From the NCBI GenBank assembly GCA_000002445.1, contig CP000069.1, forward strand, positions 1,056,001 through 1,120,000: a DNA stretch of 64,000 nucleotides, read 5' to 3'. The notes below the pieces were generated by a model that did no database searches, was not told the DNA's origin, and saw only the letters and a list, made by a program, of their open reading frames with translations. The translations under genes and the position numbers were made by a program. This DNA is from Trypanosoma brucei (taxonomy: Eukaryota). Below, in pieces: positions 10,024-20,931 of this stretch (position 1 is its first letter; each line of letters begins with the position of its first letter).

Positions 10024-11925
10024 TCAAGCCTCCAATGCCCACATATCGGCTTTGGTTAAATTAACATGCGGTGCTAAGACATCCACATCAGCTAGAGGAA
10101 AAGATGTTGAGTGGGAGGTGAGAAGTGGCGGAAAGATTCGACGGAAGCCGCGGCAGTACGCCAGTTCATCCTGCAGGCGCAACCACACTTCTTCCCTCTT
10201 CTCCAGATCCCCCAGTTGTGTGGGATTATAATGGCTCCGGTGATGGCCCTTCCAACGATGCACCGATTCCGCAGCTTCTAACGTAAGAGAGTCGCACAAT
10301 CCCATAGAGTGTAGACGTTGCTCGTCAATTACCCCCTTGAGACACTCCAAGGGCCGCTCAAAAGGTTCGATCATGGCGAGATTTAGTAAGTCAGAAATAA
10401 TGTTGGTTTTAACGGTATAGTCGAATGTAGATGTACTGGCGAGAGATGGTAGCGTATTGACTTCAACAAGCCATGGTTTCAGACTCGAATCTAACATCAT
10501 ATCGAAACCGTACAACTCAAAAAAGCTTCCAGGTGAGAGATTGCTTTTAACTCCTTTCGACATTGTTGATTTGACAGCTAACAGTGTTTTTACGATTACC
10601 TGTGCAATACTGTTCCACACATGGTCAGACGTTCGCATTTTCGGTGGCTCCGTGGCACAGATTGTTGACACCGACCGCTGTTGTGCTACAGGGCATAGCG
10701 AATCAATATGGTTCCAAAGCTCTTCCATGCTTTTCTTCAAATGTAGTGCTTGAATATCACGTCTTTCTTCACTTGCAATGAGATCAGCATCTTCTAAGTT
10801 CTCTTCCGAAGATCCAAATTGCTTCCCCTTCTTTACCCACTTACGTCCAATTGAGTAGTTCGTCAAGTCACGAAATGGGTCAAAATGAGACAAAGAGACC
10901 TCCACAGGGTCACATCGGGTCGCCTCATCGGGTGCGCCTTCGTTATACTGTTGAACGGCTAATCGAACTAATCCCTCATCGTGAAGGTACACCGTAAGTG
11001 GGTCATAACTAGTAACAGCAACGTAGAGGCGAAGATCCATCTTACGCCCCTCCAAGAGCAGTGGGTCATCCACGTATTCCTGCACCACATAACTGCGGTT
11101 CACCAACGATGGGCTCGTTAAGACGCGTCGCTCCATCTTCTCCAGAACACGCTTCCAATGCACGGAGTTCTTTTCCCCTCCGGGACAAACAAATATACCT
11201 TTTCCACAGCTTCCCCTCGCAGGTTTCCAAATGAAGCGCTGCGTGGGTCTTGCTTGATCCATTGCCTTCATGAGAGATTCTTTCTGCTCGGGGAATATCC
11301 ATGTTTGGGGGAAGAAATCAAATACGTCTCTCTTCACCCCTTCCCTTTCAAGTGACTTCTTTACACGGTGAAGCCGTTGCGCCAAACCCAGTTTACAGCC
11401 GAGTGTACTGTAGGTGCGTGGAAAGTGATTAAAACGCTGATGTGCACAAACCATCTGCAATGCTTCGGTGCTGCTCACTCCTTCTACACCCATAATATGT
11501 GGAGATGTGAGTTGGACAGCACCTCCAGTGTTCCCCGCGTCTGTCTTAATGGGTGCCGTAGGCCGAATCATCAATGAGCGCCCCCAGAGTAGATTACTGG
11601 GGATTTTCGGCGCTAAATGTGTGTGGAGTCGTTTGAATCCAGCCTTCAACAGTGGCAGACGTAGGGCATAATATTCACACGAAGGAGACGTTATACAGAA
11701 CATTGGTGAGGCCGTGCTGAGCGAGGGTGCCCTATAGGCGTAAGATGGGAGATGATCCCTCATACGTGGAAAAACGAAGCTGGGTTTACGGTACTTACTT
11801 CGACTTGGTTTCAGGTAAATGGGCTGTTCCGCTGGTACGGTGTCTTGCTGCTCTGTAGGCATAACAGACGCCCCCACCGTTGGGGATGCGCATGGCCCTC
11901 GCAGCGATCGGCACAGTTTTATCAT
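10024..11925 (-). CDS. Tubulin-tyrosine-ligase-like (TTLL) family protein
   Basis: 633-aa ORF with the TTL ATP-grasp core. Motifs are RFIWKPARGSCGKGIFV, VVQEYVDDPLLLEGRKMDLRLYVAVTSYDPLTVYLHDEGLVRLA and FELYGFDMMLDSSLKPWLVEVN. The true start may be at the internal Met MPTEQQ. Confidence 0.8.
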   Translation of the reverse strand: MIKLCRSLRGPCASPTVGASVMPTEQQDTVPAEQPIYLKPSRSKYRKPSFVFPRMRDHLPSYAYRAPSLSTASPMFCITSPSCEYYALRLPLLKAGFKRLHTHLAPKIPSNLLWGRSLMIRPTAPIKTDAGNTGGAVQLTSPHIMGVEGVSSTEALQMVCAHQRFNHFPRTYSTLGCKLGLAQRLHRVKKSLEREGVKRDVFDFFPQTWIFPEQKESLMKAMDQARPTQRFIWKPARGSCGKGIFVCPGGEKNSVHWKRVLEKMERRVLTSPSLVNRSYVVQEYVDDPLLLEGRKMDLRLYVAVTSYDPLTVYLHDEGLVRLAVQQYNEGAPDEATRCDPVEVSLSHFDPFRDLTNYSIGRKWVKKGKQFGSSEENLEDADLIASEERRDIQALHLKKSMEELWNHIDSLCPVAQQRSVSTICATEPPKMRTSDHVWNSIAQVIVKTLLAVKSTMSKGVKSNLSPGSFFELYGFDMMLDSSLKPWLVEVNTLPSLASTSTFDYTVKTNIISDLLNLAMIEPFERPLECLKGVIDEQRLHSMGLCDSLTLEAAESVHRWKGHHRSHYNPTQLGDLEKREEVWLRLQDELAYCRGFRRIFPPLLTSHSTSFPLADVDVLAPHVNLTKADMWALEA

Positions 11926-12310
11926 GAGAAACTCGGATACAATATTATGTTGTATCTATAAGAGCTGACACGCCACTTTGAACCTAGTGAAAAGAGGTGA
12001 TGATATGGGCGTACAAAGAGCGGATGATATGTGAAAATAAGTAAGTCCAAAAATTTAATTAAATCATTACACTCATCTTCACCATGCACATTTCTTTACA
12101 ACATTCACGAACGAGTAGAACCAAAGTTCCTCCATAGTGTAAAAGGAAAAAAACAAGTGTATTTGCCTCTTTAAAGTGTCCCCCACTTGTCGTACTGACA
12201 TGTGTTTATAACTGCACGATTAAACGAGAAATCAAGCGAAAGTGAAAACAGTAGCCGTTGCAGTTGGCGTATCCCGTGGTCCGTAAAACATCATCCACTT
12301 TCACATTTTT

Positions 12311-15097
12311 CTACGTTTCTTCCTTTTCGTCCAAGTTGTGTGGTGTAAGTAACTTTAAAATCAACTGCAAATCAAACTCCCTCAGCAACCCAAAGTGGGG
12401 AGAACGCACATACCAACTCAGAGCAAGAGGAAGTTCACCGGCATATTTGCCGCGACTTGTTAGACTCTTCGGCAGAACGCCAAGTAATGCCCGAGCGGCC
12501 TCATAAGAACCGTTAATTCGCGTGCGGTTCTTCTCCACAAAGTCATTTAATGTCATTACAGCATCCACTTTGGTCAAACTACGCCGCGGCGCCTGCCAGC
12601 ACGGAATTCCTTCCTTTTGCAAAAGAAACTCAGACGATAAGTTGCGTCTCGGATCCCATTCAAGTCCTGCCCGCACACTATCATGCGTTGGGCACCGCAA
12701 CACGGCAAATGTCAATTCGAGAGATTTGACGAGAGACTCAAGGCGGTTGTTATACAGCGACCATAGGCGCGTTGCTAGCTCTTGCCGAGCAGTGGGTGAA
12801 GAAACCTCAACGAAGCGATCCCCAACTGTTATGACATAACCTGTCGGCAGTTTCTGCAGTGACACGAATCCCGAGGCGGAGAGGTCATCAAGCCTAAAAT
12901 TAAAATCATTGAGAGACATATTCAACGCATTCGCTGCATTCACAACGCTCTCCATTCGCTTGTTGTTTCGACACGTCTCGAAAACACCATCTAACGCCTC
13001 GAGCTGAGCCAATGCGCTGCCAACACCCGATTGAACGTCCCGATCCCGCTTGCGCTTTCCACTTGTTGTTGTGTTGATTTCAGTAGACCAACGGATGACA
13101 CGATAACCAGTTGGTGACGTTCCATGGCATGCGGTCAAGACTCCACTTTCCAGTGTAAGCATCATGAAAAGAACAGTTTCCACCGTCTCTTCGCTCATCA
13201 TTAGCTCTTCCGAAATCTTTGACACAGACACCACGATAAGTTTGTCTCCAAACCTAGTAACGGGGCTGGAGAGAATGTGAGTCACAACCGACAGCATCTC
13301 CGTGGGGGACACCAGGGAGGAAAGCAGGCGAGAGCGCAGTGCATAAAAGTCGTATGGGTTGTACAAAAGTCTGCAAATGGATAATTTGCCATCACGTCCA
13401 GCGCGACCAGTTTCTTGGACGTAGCTTTCTATTGAGCTTGGCACCGACGCGTGAACCACAGAACGAATATTTGGCTTATCAATGCCCATTCCAAACGCAA
13501 CAGTCGCAATCAGTACGTCAATCCGATCATGCATAAACTGATTTTGGCACTTTGTTCGGGCATGCCGTTCGAGTGCTGCATGATAACTTTGGATTACGAG
13601 GGGTCTCCCTTCAACACCAGAAGTGATATTTTCCACCGTTCCGTTTTGTATCTTTTCATGAGTGGCGCTGGTAAACAATAAAGAACGTGTTTTATCCCCC
13701 TTTTTCCTCGCTTTTCCATTTTGTGCAGCCCCCAGCTTGGACGAGAGAAATTTAGCCAGTTCATCGGCGTCGGCCCGAGTTTGTACGTACACAAGCATCG
13801 GTTTTGGAAGCTCGAGCACTGTCTGCAACAGCTTCTCCCGCAAATCACTGTGAGTGGGAGGAGAGTCCTTCGTTACGTTTTCACTCAGGAGAGAAACTGC
13901 CTCCAATTGGAGGTTTGCTCGCTGATAGGGTACAACGACTGTTCGCCTAATATTGAATGTCGACTGCAAATCATCGATTACTGATGGCGTTGCCGTTGCT
14001 GTGAGACAAAGAAATGGGGGAGAAAAATCTCCTCCCAAGACTATATCTTCAAGCACACGATGAACGTACAGGAAGGATGGTCGAAAATCATACGCCCATT
14101 GGGAAACACAATGGGCCTCATCAATGCATATGAATGCGATACGGTGAACTTGACCCTTCAGTACTTGCCGAAGCTCACGGTGACGTACAATCTTTTCAGG
14201 TGATAGAAAAACCAAGTCAATATTACACACTGGGGAAGACAAACTTTCCAAGAGATCTTTATCACGTGCACCCGAGGTAGCTGAGGAAAGAATAACTGCC
14301 TTCAAGGAGCCATCCTTCGTAATCCTTTCAACCTGATCGGCCATTAACGACAGCAAGGGAGAAACGACCACACCAAATCGGGAGCACGGCGCCGTATATT
14401 CCGGTAACGATACATTTTCTAATTGCTTCTGTTTCCACAACATGAGCTTCTGCTGAAAGAGCAGTCTGTGAACAAGAATTGGCACCTGAAAGCAGAGCGT
14501 CTTTCCCCAGCCAGTGGGAAAGACAGCAAGAGTGCTTTCCCCTTGCAAAATGGCAAGCACAGCCTCTTGTTGTCCTTCACGGAACTCGCCCGAGGACACA
14601 CCCAAGTGGCTCTGTAACAAGTAGCTGCAAATGGGTATTGTCGAAGTGTTGGAACGTGGAGTTTCCTTGAACAGTCTTTCTAAAGTAACCTGCAAAATGC
14701 TCTTGTCGTCCTCGTCAACACCCTTTCGAATACAATTCATGGGGAAAGCCGCATTGGCAGGTAGTCCAACTGGGTTCTCATCTTGTGGCACTGAATGAGC
14801 GACATGACAAACTGTGAGTCCATTGCTGTTATTTCTATGGTCTGAAGGAGGAGTGTTGCAGAAAGTTGATGCTCGACGTGGCGCCAAAAACGGAACACGC
14901 ATCAAATACTCCTCTTCCTCCTTCTCTTCCTCTGTATTATTCTTTTCATCGTGTACGAGCTCCACATTAACAGGGGTTAAGGCTTCCCCTTCAGAAGGTG
15001 TGTTGTCGCTAGCTACATCGTCGAAAAGAATCTCTTCATAACTATTTTGCATCTTATGTGTGCCTGCCCTCCAAAGGCTGCTTCCCAGTGCAGGCAA
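12311..15097 (-). CDS. ATP-dependent DNA helicase, RecQ family
   Basis: 928-aa ORF with Walker A (VFPTGWGKTLCFQVP), the RecQ-specific DEAH box context (ICIDEAHCVSQWAYDFRPSF), and motif VI (QETGRAGRDG). A C-terminal extension follows the helicase core. Confidence 0.9.
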   Translation of the reverse strand: MPALGSSLWRAGTHKMQNSYEEILFDDVASDNTPSEGEALTPVNVELVHDEKNNTEEEKEEEEYLMRVPFLAPRRASTFCNTPPSDHRNNSNGLTVCHVAHSVPQDENPVGLPANAAFPMNCIRKGVDEDDKSILQVTLERLFKETPRSNTSTIPICSYLLQSHLGVSSGEFREGQQEAVLAILQGESTLAVFPTGWGKTLCFQVPILVHRLLFQQKLMLWKQKQLENVSLPEYTAPCSRFGVVVSPLLSLMADQVERITKDGSLKAVILSSATSGARDKDLLESLSSPVCNIDLVFLSPEKIVRHRELRQVLKGQVHRIAFICIDEAHCVSQWAYDFRPSFLYVHRVLEDIVLGGDFSPPFLCLTATATPSVIDDLQSTFNIRRTVVVPYQRANLQLEAVSLLSENVTKDSPPTHSDLREKLLQTVLELPKPMLVYVQTRADADELAKFLSSKLGAAQNGKARKKGDKTRSLLFTSATHEKIQNGTVENITSGVEGRPLVIQSYHAALERHARTKCQNQFMHDRIDVLIATVAFGMGIDKPNIRSVVHASVPSSIESYVQETGRAGRDGKLSICRLLYNPYDFYALRSRLLSSLVSPTEMLSVVTHILSSPVTRFGDKLIVVSVSKISEELMMSEETVETVLFMMLTLESGVLTACHGTSPTGYRVIRWSTEINTTTSGKRKRDRDVQSGVGSALAQLEALDGVFETCRNNKRMESVVNAANALNMSLNDFNFRLDDLSASGFVSLQKLPTGYVITVGDRFVEVSSPTARQELATRLWSLYNNRLESLVKSLELTFAVLRCPTHDSVRAGLEWDPRRNLSSEFLLQKEGIPCWQAPRRSLTKVDAVMTLNDFVEKNRTRINGSYEAARALLGVLPKSLTSRGKYAGELPLALSWYVRSPHFGLLREFDLQLILKLLTPHNLDEKEET

Positions 15098-15324
15098 CGG
15101 AGGTGATGGGCAACAAAGCCGCTAAAGTGGTGGTAAAAAGGAGAGTGAAATGAATATATATATGCAAGTATATATCACCCGAAACAACCAGAAAGTGCTA
15201 TATTTTACAGAAAAACTAACGTTAACGCAACCTCAAGAAAAATTTTACGTTTTTGTTTTTTTTCGTTCTGATTAGCATATATCCAAAAGGCATATTTGCT
15301 CCACCCGGTAATACACTTACAGCG

Positions 15325-18300
15325 CTAAATGATCTCATCGCAAAATTGGACGACACTGGCATCGGCATCTGAGTCTGTTTCATACAGGTCCCTCTTGTTG
15401 TTCACTTCATCCGAATCATTCTCAGCATCACAACACTCACCATTTCCCTGACTTTCCATATTCCTCCGTGCAACCATTGCTCCAGCCTCACAGCGTCTAC
15501 GTTCCAGTTGTAAAACAAGTTTTGCATTGGGATCATGGAAGGGGACGTGATACCGGAACCCTAATGGAGTGAGCGTGCAACTACCGTCACGGATCACACA
15601 AAGACCCCGTTCCTGGCAGGCGAGAAGGGCATCGTAGACACTGGTAAATGAAGTTCTAGCTAATGTATCCTGTGGGAGTACACGCATGGCGGTGCGAACC
15701 TCAACCATAGGCAACGGGTTAGGGAAAACTTCGTTTCGTTTTAGTGAGTAATCGAAAAGATTCAGAATGGGGGTAACCCGCTTGTGGAAAGAAGCACCAT
15801 TACTGAGTGCAGTATCAGCCGTCGCAACCTGCGTCAAAGAACTTTGTTTTTTTGCTTTATTATCGACATCATCCGTGTTTTCAACATCCTCAGCTGTTGA
15901 TTTGACAAGTTGCATCACACTCTCCCAAAACGTCGGCTTTTCATTTCCAAATGTTGCATGTTCAGCATCCTCCACACTTTCACAACTTGGCACTCTCTCG
16001 ACATTCGCACTTTTAGCGCCGATGGTACAGCCCACACCATCGGTGGGATGTATATCTCCTGGTACCTCACGGTTACCCGTTACGACATACTCCAACAACG
16101 CGTCCTGTGTCATGGTGGAAATATAATGGCGAAGTGTGTTCATTATGGTCATTACTCGCGCAGAACTGAGTTGAAGAGACTCAAGAAATGACGACATTCG
16201 AGATATGGCACCAAAATGGATCCTATACAGCCGTAAACGCTCCTTTTGTTCAACTTCTTTGGCATTTTTGGTTTTTACATTCATTTCGGTAAGAGTCATG
16301 AGAGCCTTTTGCATATTTTCTTGCGCTAGCAATCTCTCCCGAGTATGCCTTTCCTCCCTTTCCCGAAGCCGCCCCTCTCTGATATTTTGTATAAAGGCGT
16401 GCTCCCTCTCCCGTGATTCGTTACGTAATCTTAAGTTTTCCTCAAACTCCGCTGCCTTTTTGAGAATTTCCTCTGTTCTCTGTACAGACGCAAACACCTG
16501 CACTCTCATTGCCTCTTCCTCACGTCTTTGCTGCTCCTCACGCCCCCGGCACCGTAACTCCATGGAACTCAATAAGCAACGCTGCATGTTTAAAAAAGCA
16601 CTAAGTAACAGTTGATCATTCAATTCTCCCTCATCGATCGCCCTTTCGACAGCTGAAGCCAGCAGCGACGCGGCCAATTCATCTTCAGAGACAGCACAAA
16701 CCAGCTCCATCATTTGTTCCTGACCAATAAAACTAAGAACAAGTCCAATTGATTGCGTAGGTGACGGGAAACCATTCACTACATAAAAATTTTCTAGCAG
16801 GGGTACACCGCCAAGCCAAACATTAAGAAGTGATTTGTAGACGCCTAGCGAAAACTGTTGCGAGGTGTAGCTCTCCGGAAGGCGCAGCGCCAGAAGTCCA
16901 CAGCACTGAAGCTTGTGAGTAACTTGCACTGCCGCTATCAGCGCCGTGTTACTTTTGTGCCCTAATTTAGCGGTAACACTAGCTCCGTCGCGATTTTCAA
17001 CACTCCCTTCACAAGGCACCCAGATGTATAAGGTTGACAAAAGTGCATGAAGAAAACACTCCCAAGTTGCAGTGGGGGGTCGTGCTCGTCCATCAAAACT
17101 GTTTTTTACGGCAAGAAGCAAACTTGCAATCGACTCAATTGCTTTTTTAATCATTTCGTACATAGACCCATTAGAGGATGGTGACAGCCATATAACGAGA
17201 CAGAGGGCTTCCAAAATGAAGCCGCAGCGACAACATATGTCATCTTCTGCTCGCTCACAGTTTTGCTGATGGGATTGGCTCGTTTTGCCCTTCTCACTCC
17301 TTTTCTTCCCTCCAGAGGCACTCGGCTGTGCGCAGCTTATTGCTGCGGCAGGTGTTTGCTGTGAATCAATCAGCGTCAATAGTTTCTCCAGTAGTGCCAT
17401 TGCATGTGTGGGCGACAGAATACCCGACTCAACTAAGTTTAACTCCCGAACAACGTCAATCTTATGTCTAAGCCGTATACACTGTGAAAGAATGGATAAA
17501 GGTTTCACAAACCGATCAGTTTTTTCCGCAGTCGATGGAACTATGAGCGATGCGTTCACGACAGCACACCACAATCGTGCCTCCAACTCAATAGAGCAAG
17601 CAGATAATGCATCTTCTCTCCACTTAGCTAGTACTCTGTACAAGAAAACATACACCAAAACGCTACCAAACGCATCTTCATTTCTTACAACACGATTCAC
17701 GCAGTATCGTAGAAGGCGTTCGAGGCGCTCAGCTGCCCATGTTGTCAATGGATTCTCCAAGAACACCAATTCCGTCAAGAGGGACATTTTCTCACCATGT
17801 GTTTGTACAATGTCGATGAACACGTCCAACACTGGTACATCCAAACAAGGTATGAGTGCCATGGGGTGCAATGAGGGAATCAAGTGATCGCCGTACACAC
17901 CAAGGATTCGCGATGCCAACTCAGCATCACTTCCAACGACATGTTGGAACTTCTCGACACCATTCATCAATGATAAAAGCAGTTTTACACAATCTTGTGG
18001 AAGGACCACATCAAGTGCGGCGCGGATCATGACTTTAGGGACGAGAAAAGAAGACGTCTCGCGCTCGCCGTTCCCACTGCCCTGTGGTACTTCTTTTTTT
18101 GGTGTCCCCTTCACCTTCTCTGTGCGATTTCTTCGACCCTTTGTCTTTTCATTCCCAGTTTTGCACGCTGTCTGTGGTAAACTGAAGAAAAAGCACATCG
18201 AGTCCACATCCAGTGCTCCCGTCAGAGCGAACAACTTCAAAGTCAACGGCGAGTTTGGAAGAACCTCCTTTGCATCCTTTAATGTGGAATGAAGCGGATA

Positions 18301-18660
18301 CGATGACAATCCGTGCACATAGCAAAGCCCCTCGAGCAACAGTTCCATCAACTGGGGACACGGTTGCCTTCCCTCTGAGCCACTCCTTAGCGACGCACAA
18401 AGAACGGGGAATATCATGTTGATCTCCTCACATTTATCAAGCGCAGACACACGACCTCTACGTTGAAGATGGTTCAGTAAACTAATTAAATTTTGCGCCA
18501 TTGAGCGGCAACAGGGCGACGATGGGTTGGGAAAAGGTGGACGCCCAAGTGCATCATCCAGCTGCCGAACTGCCAAACACGCGTGTGTTTTAACCTCGTC
18601 CACCGTCAACCTGTCGAGTTCATCCGCATTGAAAACTTGCTGTGATGTCGCAAAATTCAT
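15325..18660 (-). CDS. Hypothetical conserved protein with central charged coiled-coil segment
   Basis: 1111-aa uninterrupted ORF in the same orientation as its neighbours. A Glu/Arg-rich predicted coiled coil (EEQQRREEEAMRVQ...REREERHTRERLLAQENMQ) is present. No recognisable catalytic motif. Confidence 0.6.
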   Translation of the reverse strand: MNFATSQQVFNADELDRLTVDEVKTHACLAVRQLDDALGRPPFPNPSSPCCRSMAQNLISLLNHLQRRGRVSALDKCEEINMIFPVLCASLRSGSEGRQPCPQLMELLLEGLCYVHGLSSYPLHSTLKDAKEVLPNSPLTLKLFALTGALDVDSMCFFFSLPQTACKTGNEKTKGRRNRTEKVKGTPKKEVPQGSGNGERETSSFLVPKVMIRAALDVVLPQDCVKLLLSLMNGVEKFQHVVGSDAELASRILGVYGDHLIPSLHPMALIPCLDVPVLDVFIDIVQTHGEKMSLLTELVFLENPLTTWAAERLERLLRYCVNRVVRNEDAFGSVLVYVFLYRVLAKWREDALSACSIELEARLWCAVVNASLIVPSTAEKTDRFVKPLSILSQCIRLRHKIDVVRELNLVESGILSPTHAMALLEKLLTLIDSQQTPAAAISCAQPSASGGKKRSEKGKTSQSHQQNCERAEDDICCRCGFILEALCLVIWLSPSSNGSMYEMIKKAIESIASLLLAVKNSFDGRARPPTATWECFLHALLSTLYIWVPCEGSVENRDGASVTAKLGHKSNTALIAAVQVTHKLQCCGLLALRLPESYTSQQFSLGVYKSLLNVWLGGVPLLENFYVVNGFPSPTQSIGLVLSFIGQEQMMELVCAVSEDELAASLLASAVERAIDEGELNDQLLLSAFLNMQRCLLSSMELRCRGREEQQRREEEAMRVQVFASVQRTEEILKKAAEFEENLRLRNESREREHAFIQNIREGRLREREERHTRERLLAQENMQKALMTLTEMNVKTKNAKEVEQKERLRLYRIHFGAISRMSSFLESLQLSSARVMTIMNTLRHYISTMTQDALLEYVVTGNREVPGDIHPTDGVGCTIGAKSANVERVPSCESVEDAEHATFGNEKPTFWESVMQLVKSTAEDVENTDDVDNKAKKQSSLTQVATADTALSNGASFHKRVTPILNLFDYSLKRNEVFPNPLPMVEVRTAMRVLPQDTLARTSFTSVYDALLACQERGLCVIRDGSCTLTPLGFRYHVPFHDPNAKLVLQLERRRCEAGAMVARRNMESQGNGECCDAENDSDEVNNKRDLYETDSDADASVVQFCDEII

Positions 18661-18690
18661 CCCACAGTTACACGACCATACGTCCTACAC

Positions 18691-18693
<3 letters not shown>

Positions 18694-18731
<38 letters not shown>
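18694..18731. repeat. (TA)19 microsatellite 33 nt upstream of the start codon of the 1111-aa gene
   Basis: Direct read: tatatatatatatatatatatatatatatatatatatat, immediately 5' of the ATG at 18658-18660. Confidence 0.9.
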
Positions 18732-18732
<1 letters not shown>

Positions 18733-19114
18733 CTTATATCAAAAGGGTAAAGATTAGTTTCTCACACATGAGTTTGTTAGCGCAGAAACTGCCAGATGGT
18801 AAAAAGGAAGGGGACAGAAATCTGTCCCACCGCTTCAACGGAGGGATGTAGAAAAGCTGAAAGTTACTGATACACACTTCCTCAAAAGCTCGTCGGTGAG
18901 GCAGAGAAATAATGTTTTCACGAAGAAACTTAACACGTTGAGTAAAAAAAAAATGTGATGAAAAGTGTTGATAGAGGTAGAAAGGGTGAAAAAAAGACGA
19001 GGAAGTAATGCCTTATTTATCCCACAGTAAGCTCACTTTCTCTCCCTTCTTTTAAAAAAAAGAAAATAAGTGAGAAGTGTCGAAAGGTTATAGGGAAGCG
19101 GAGTGAAAGTGTTC

Positions 19115-20497
19115 CTACGATGCTAGTTCTAGCAAGAAAGCGTAAGAGTAGCAGCCAGCCTCCACTGCTGGTAGCGTTGGGTAATCAATGGATGGCCCAA
19201 AGAAGCGAAGGAGTCGCGCTCTTAAACCATGCTCAGCGGTTACTCTGTTAAAAACGTTGAACATTTCACTCCGTGTGGCACGAACAACAGAAGCCGCCAC
19301 ACCACCTCCGGATGCCACATAATCATGCATTCCAAGCAATGCCACTTCCTGCGCTACGACTACAATAGAACCTTTGCCACAAACACCTCGAAACAACATG
19401 ACCTTCAACAAATTTTGCCACTGCTCAGGTGAAGACAGTGTGTCGAAACGGTGCTCCAGAAAAACAACATCCTGCTGACGCATGCTTAGTTCTTCGATAG
19501 GTGAATTTGTCGTTTCACAAGTGTTGAAAACAGCACTTGCATGGTTTGCTACCAGGTTTTCACGCACTCGGTTAAGGAGTGACTCATCTGATTCCGCGAA
19601 AACAACACTTTTCGCCGTCATTACTGCTTGAAGTGCAGCAGCTCCACCACGATCGTTAACACACAAAACGCGCTTACCATGGCATAAATCCCTAAGTACG
19701 GCACGTATTCGACGATGGGCTGTGTTGATAAGCCAACGATTACTTGATGTGGTGGGATATTCATCTCTTGGCAACCACATGTTACTCGCGCCATTTTCCA
19801 TGTATGTTTCGGGTAGAGTTATGGTTGGAGTAATAAGAGTTAGCTTTTCGTGATCCTTTAGGTGTGGAGTATCCAATAGTACCTCTTCGACTCCGTGCTG
19901 CCGCAGCAATTCGGTTACCGCAGGAACAATCCGTTCTGCACCCGCAGATGTTGCAACCACTCGCGCAAAGCTGGAAGAAAAGAGATCAACGTAAAGAGAG
20001 GGAACACCATCTGCATAACCATTCACGACGCGGTAGGCATTGGTGCTGCCGGTCCTTACATGACGGAAAACAGATTGTCGTCGCCCCCACGCCTCTTTAA
20101 CGCGATTAACGAAAAAATCCTCACTAATCCTTGGTAGGTCCGTCACTACTTTAGGTGTATGGTGAAAAATATCAACACGCAGCAGCGCTGGTTCATAAAA
20201 TGCCAGCGCTAGCAGCTTCCGGTGATCCGCATCTCTTAACTCCACAACACTTCCTGGTTCTATCTCACGTCGAGCAAAGTCAAGACTATGAGAATCGAAG
20301 GAGCTCAGCGGAATGGAAAGTTGTCGGCCACACGTGACTCGTCGCTGCTGTCCCACACGTAGTTGCAGTTGCGGAAACTTTTCTGCTGGTGTGAGTCTGT
20401 GGGTAAGCAATGGTGTAAACACCTTGGACCACATGGCAGCTGGAAGTTGTGTCCTCCTCCTATGTGTTAATGTTTCTTCCCTTATACTACCGCACAA
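19115..20497 (-). CDS. Putative SAM-dependent methyltransferase (RlmI/YccW-like, PUA-like N-terminus)
   Basis: 460-aa ORF. The C-terminal half has a Rossmann-type MTase motif I-like segment (RVLCVNDRGGAAALQAVMTAKSVVFAESDESLLNRVRENL). The N-terminal region resembles a PUA/EVE-like domain. Assignment is by pattern only. Confidence 0.45.
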   Translation of the reverse strand: MCGSIREETLTHRRRTQLPAAMWSKVFTPLLTHRLTPAEKFPQLQLRVGQQRRVTCGRQLSIPLSSFDSHSLDFARREIEPGSVVELRDADHRKLLALAFYEPALLRVDIFHHTPKVVTDLPRISEDFFVNRVKEAWGRRQSVFRHVRTGSTNAYRVVNGYADGVPSLYVDLFSSSFARVVATSAGAERIVPAVTELLRQHGVEEVLLDTPHLKDHEKLTLITPTITLPETYMENGASNMWLPRDEYPTTSSNRWLINTAHRRIRAVLRDLCHGKRVLCVNDRGGAAALQAVMTAKSVVFAESDESLLNRVRENLVANHASAVFNTCETTNSPIEELSMRQQDVVFLEHRFDTLSSPEQWQNLLKVMLFRGVCGKGSIVVVAQEVALLGMHDYVASGGGVAASVVRATRSEMFNVFNRVTAEHGLRARLLRFFGPSIDYPTLPAVEAGCYSYAFLLELAS

Positions 20498-20931
20498 TAT
20501 TTTTCCTTTATTGCACGGCTATATTCATCCGTTCATTCATTGTTCGTCCGATTAATTCACAAATGGCGGTCCCGGACACAAGAAAGATCAAAATATGTGG
20601 AGAAAAAAGAGGGGGACAGCAAGGATGTGACCATAAAAAGCAAGTTTGAAAAAGAAAATGACGTGCACACCGCAGAGTCCAATGATCAGTACACCTACAG
20701 GTACACCAAAAAAAAAAGTATAAGGAATAAAGGGATAATGATGAAAAAATAGAGAACTGTGTTGGAGCACTGACCGGAAAAACCGACCGTCCCCAATTAA
20801 TGGCAAGAAATTGGTTTTTTTTGTCGCATAAGTACACGCAGGACAACTGCATCCACTAGTACACCGCCGCTTCACACATGTAGTGTCAAGCATCACTGCA
20901 CGCGGGAAAATGAAGAGAAAATCATTCGATA

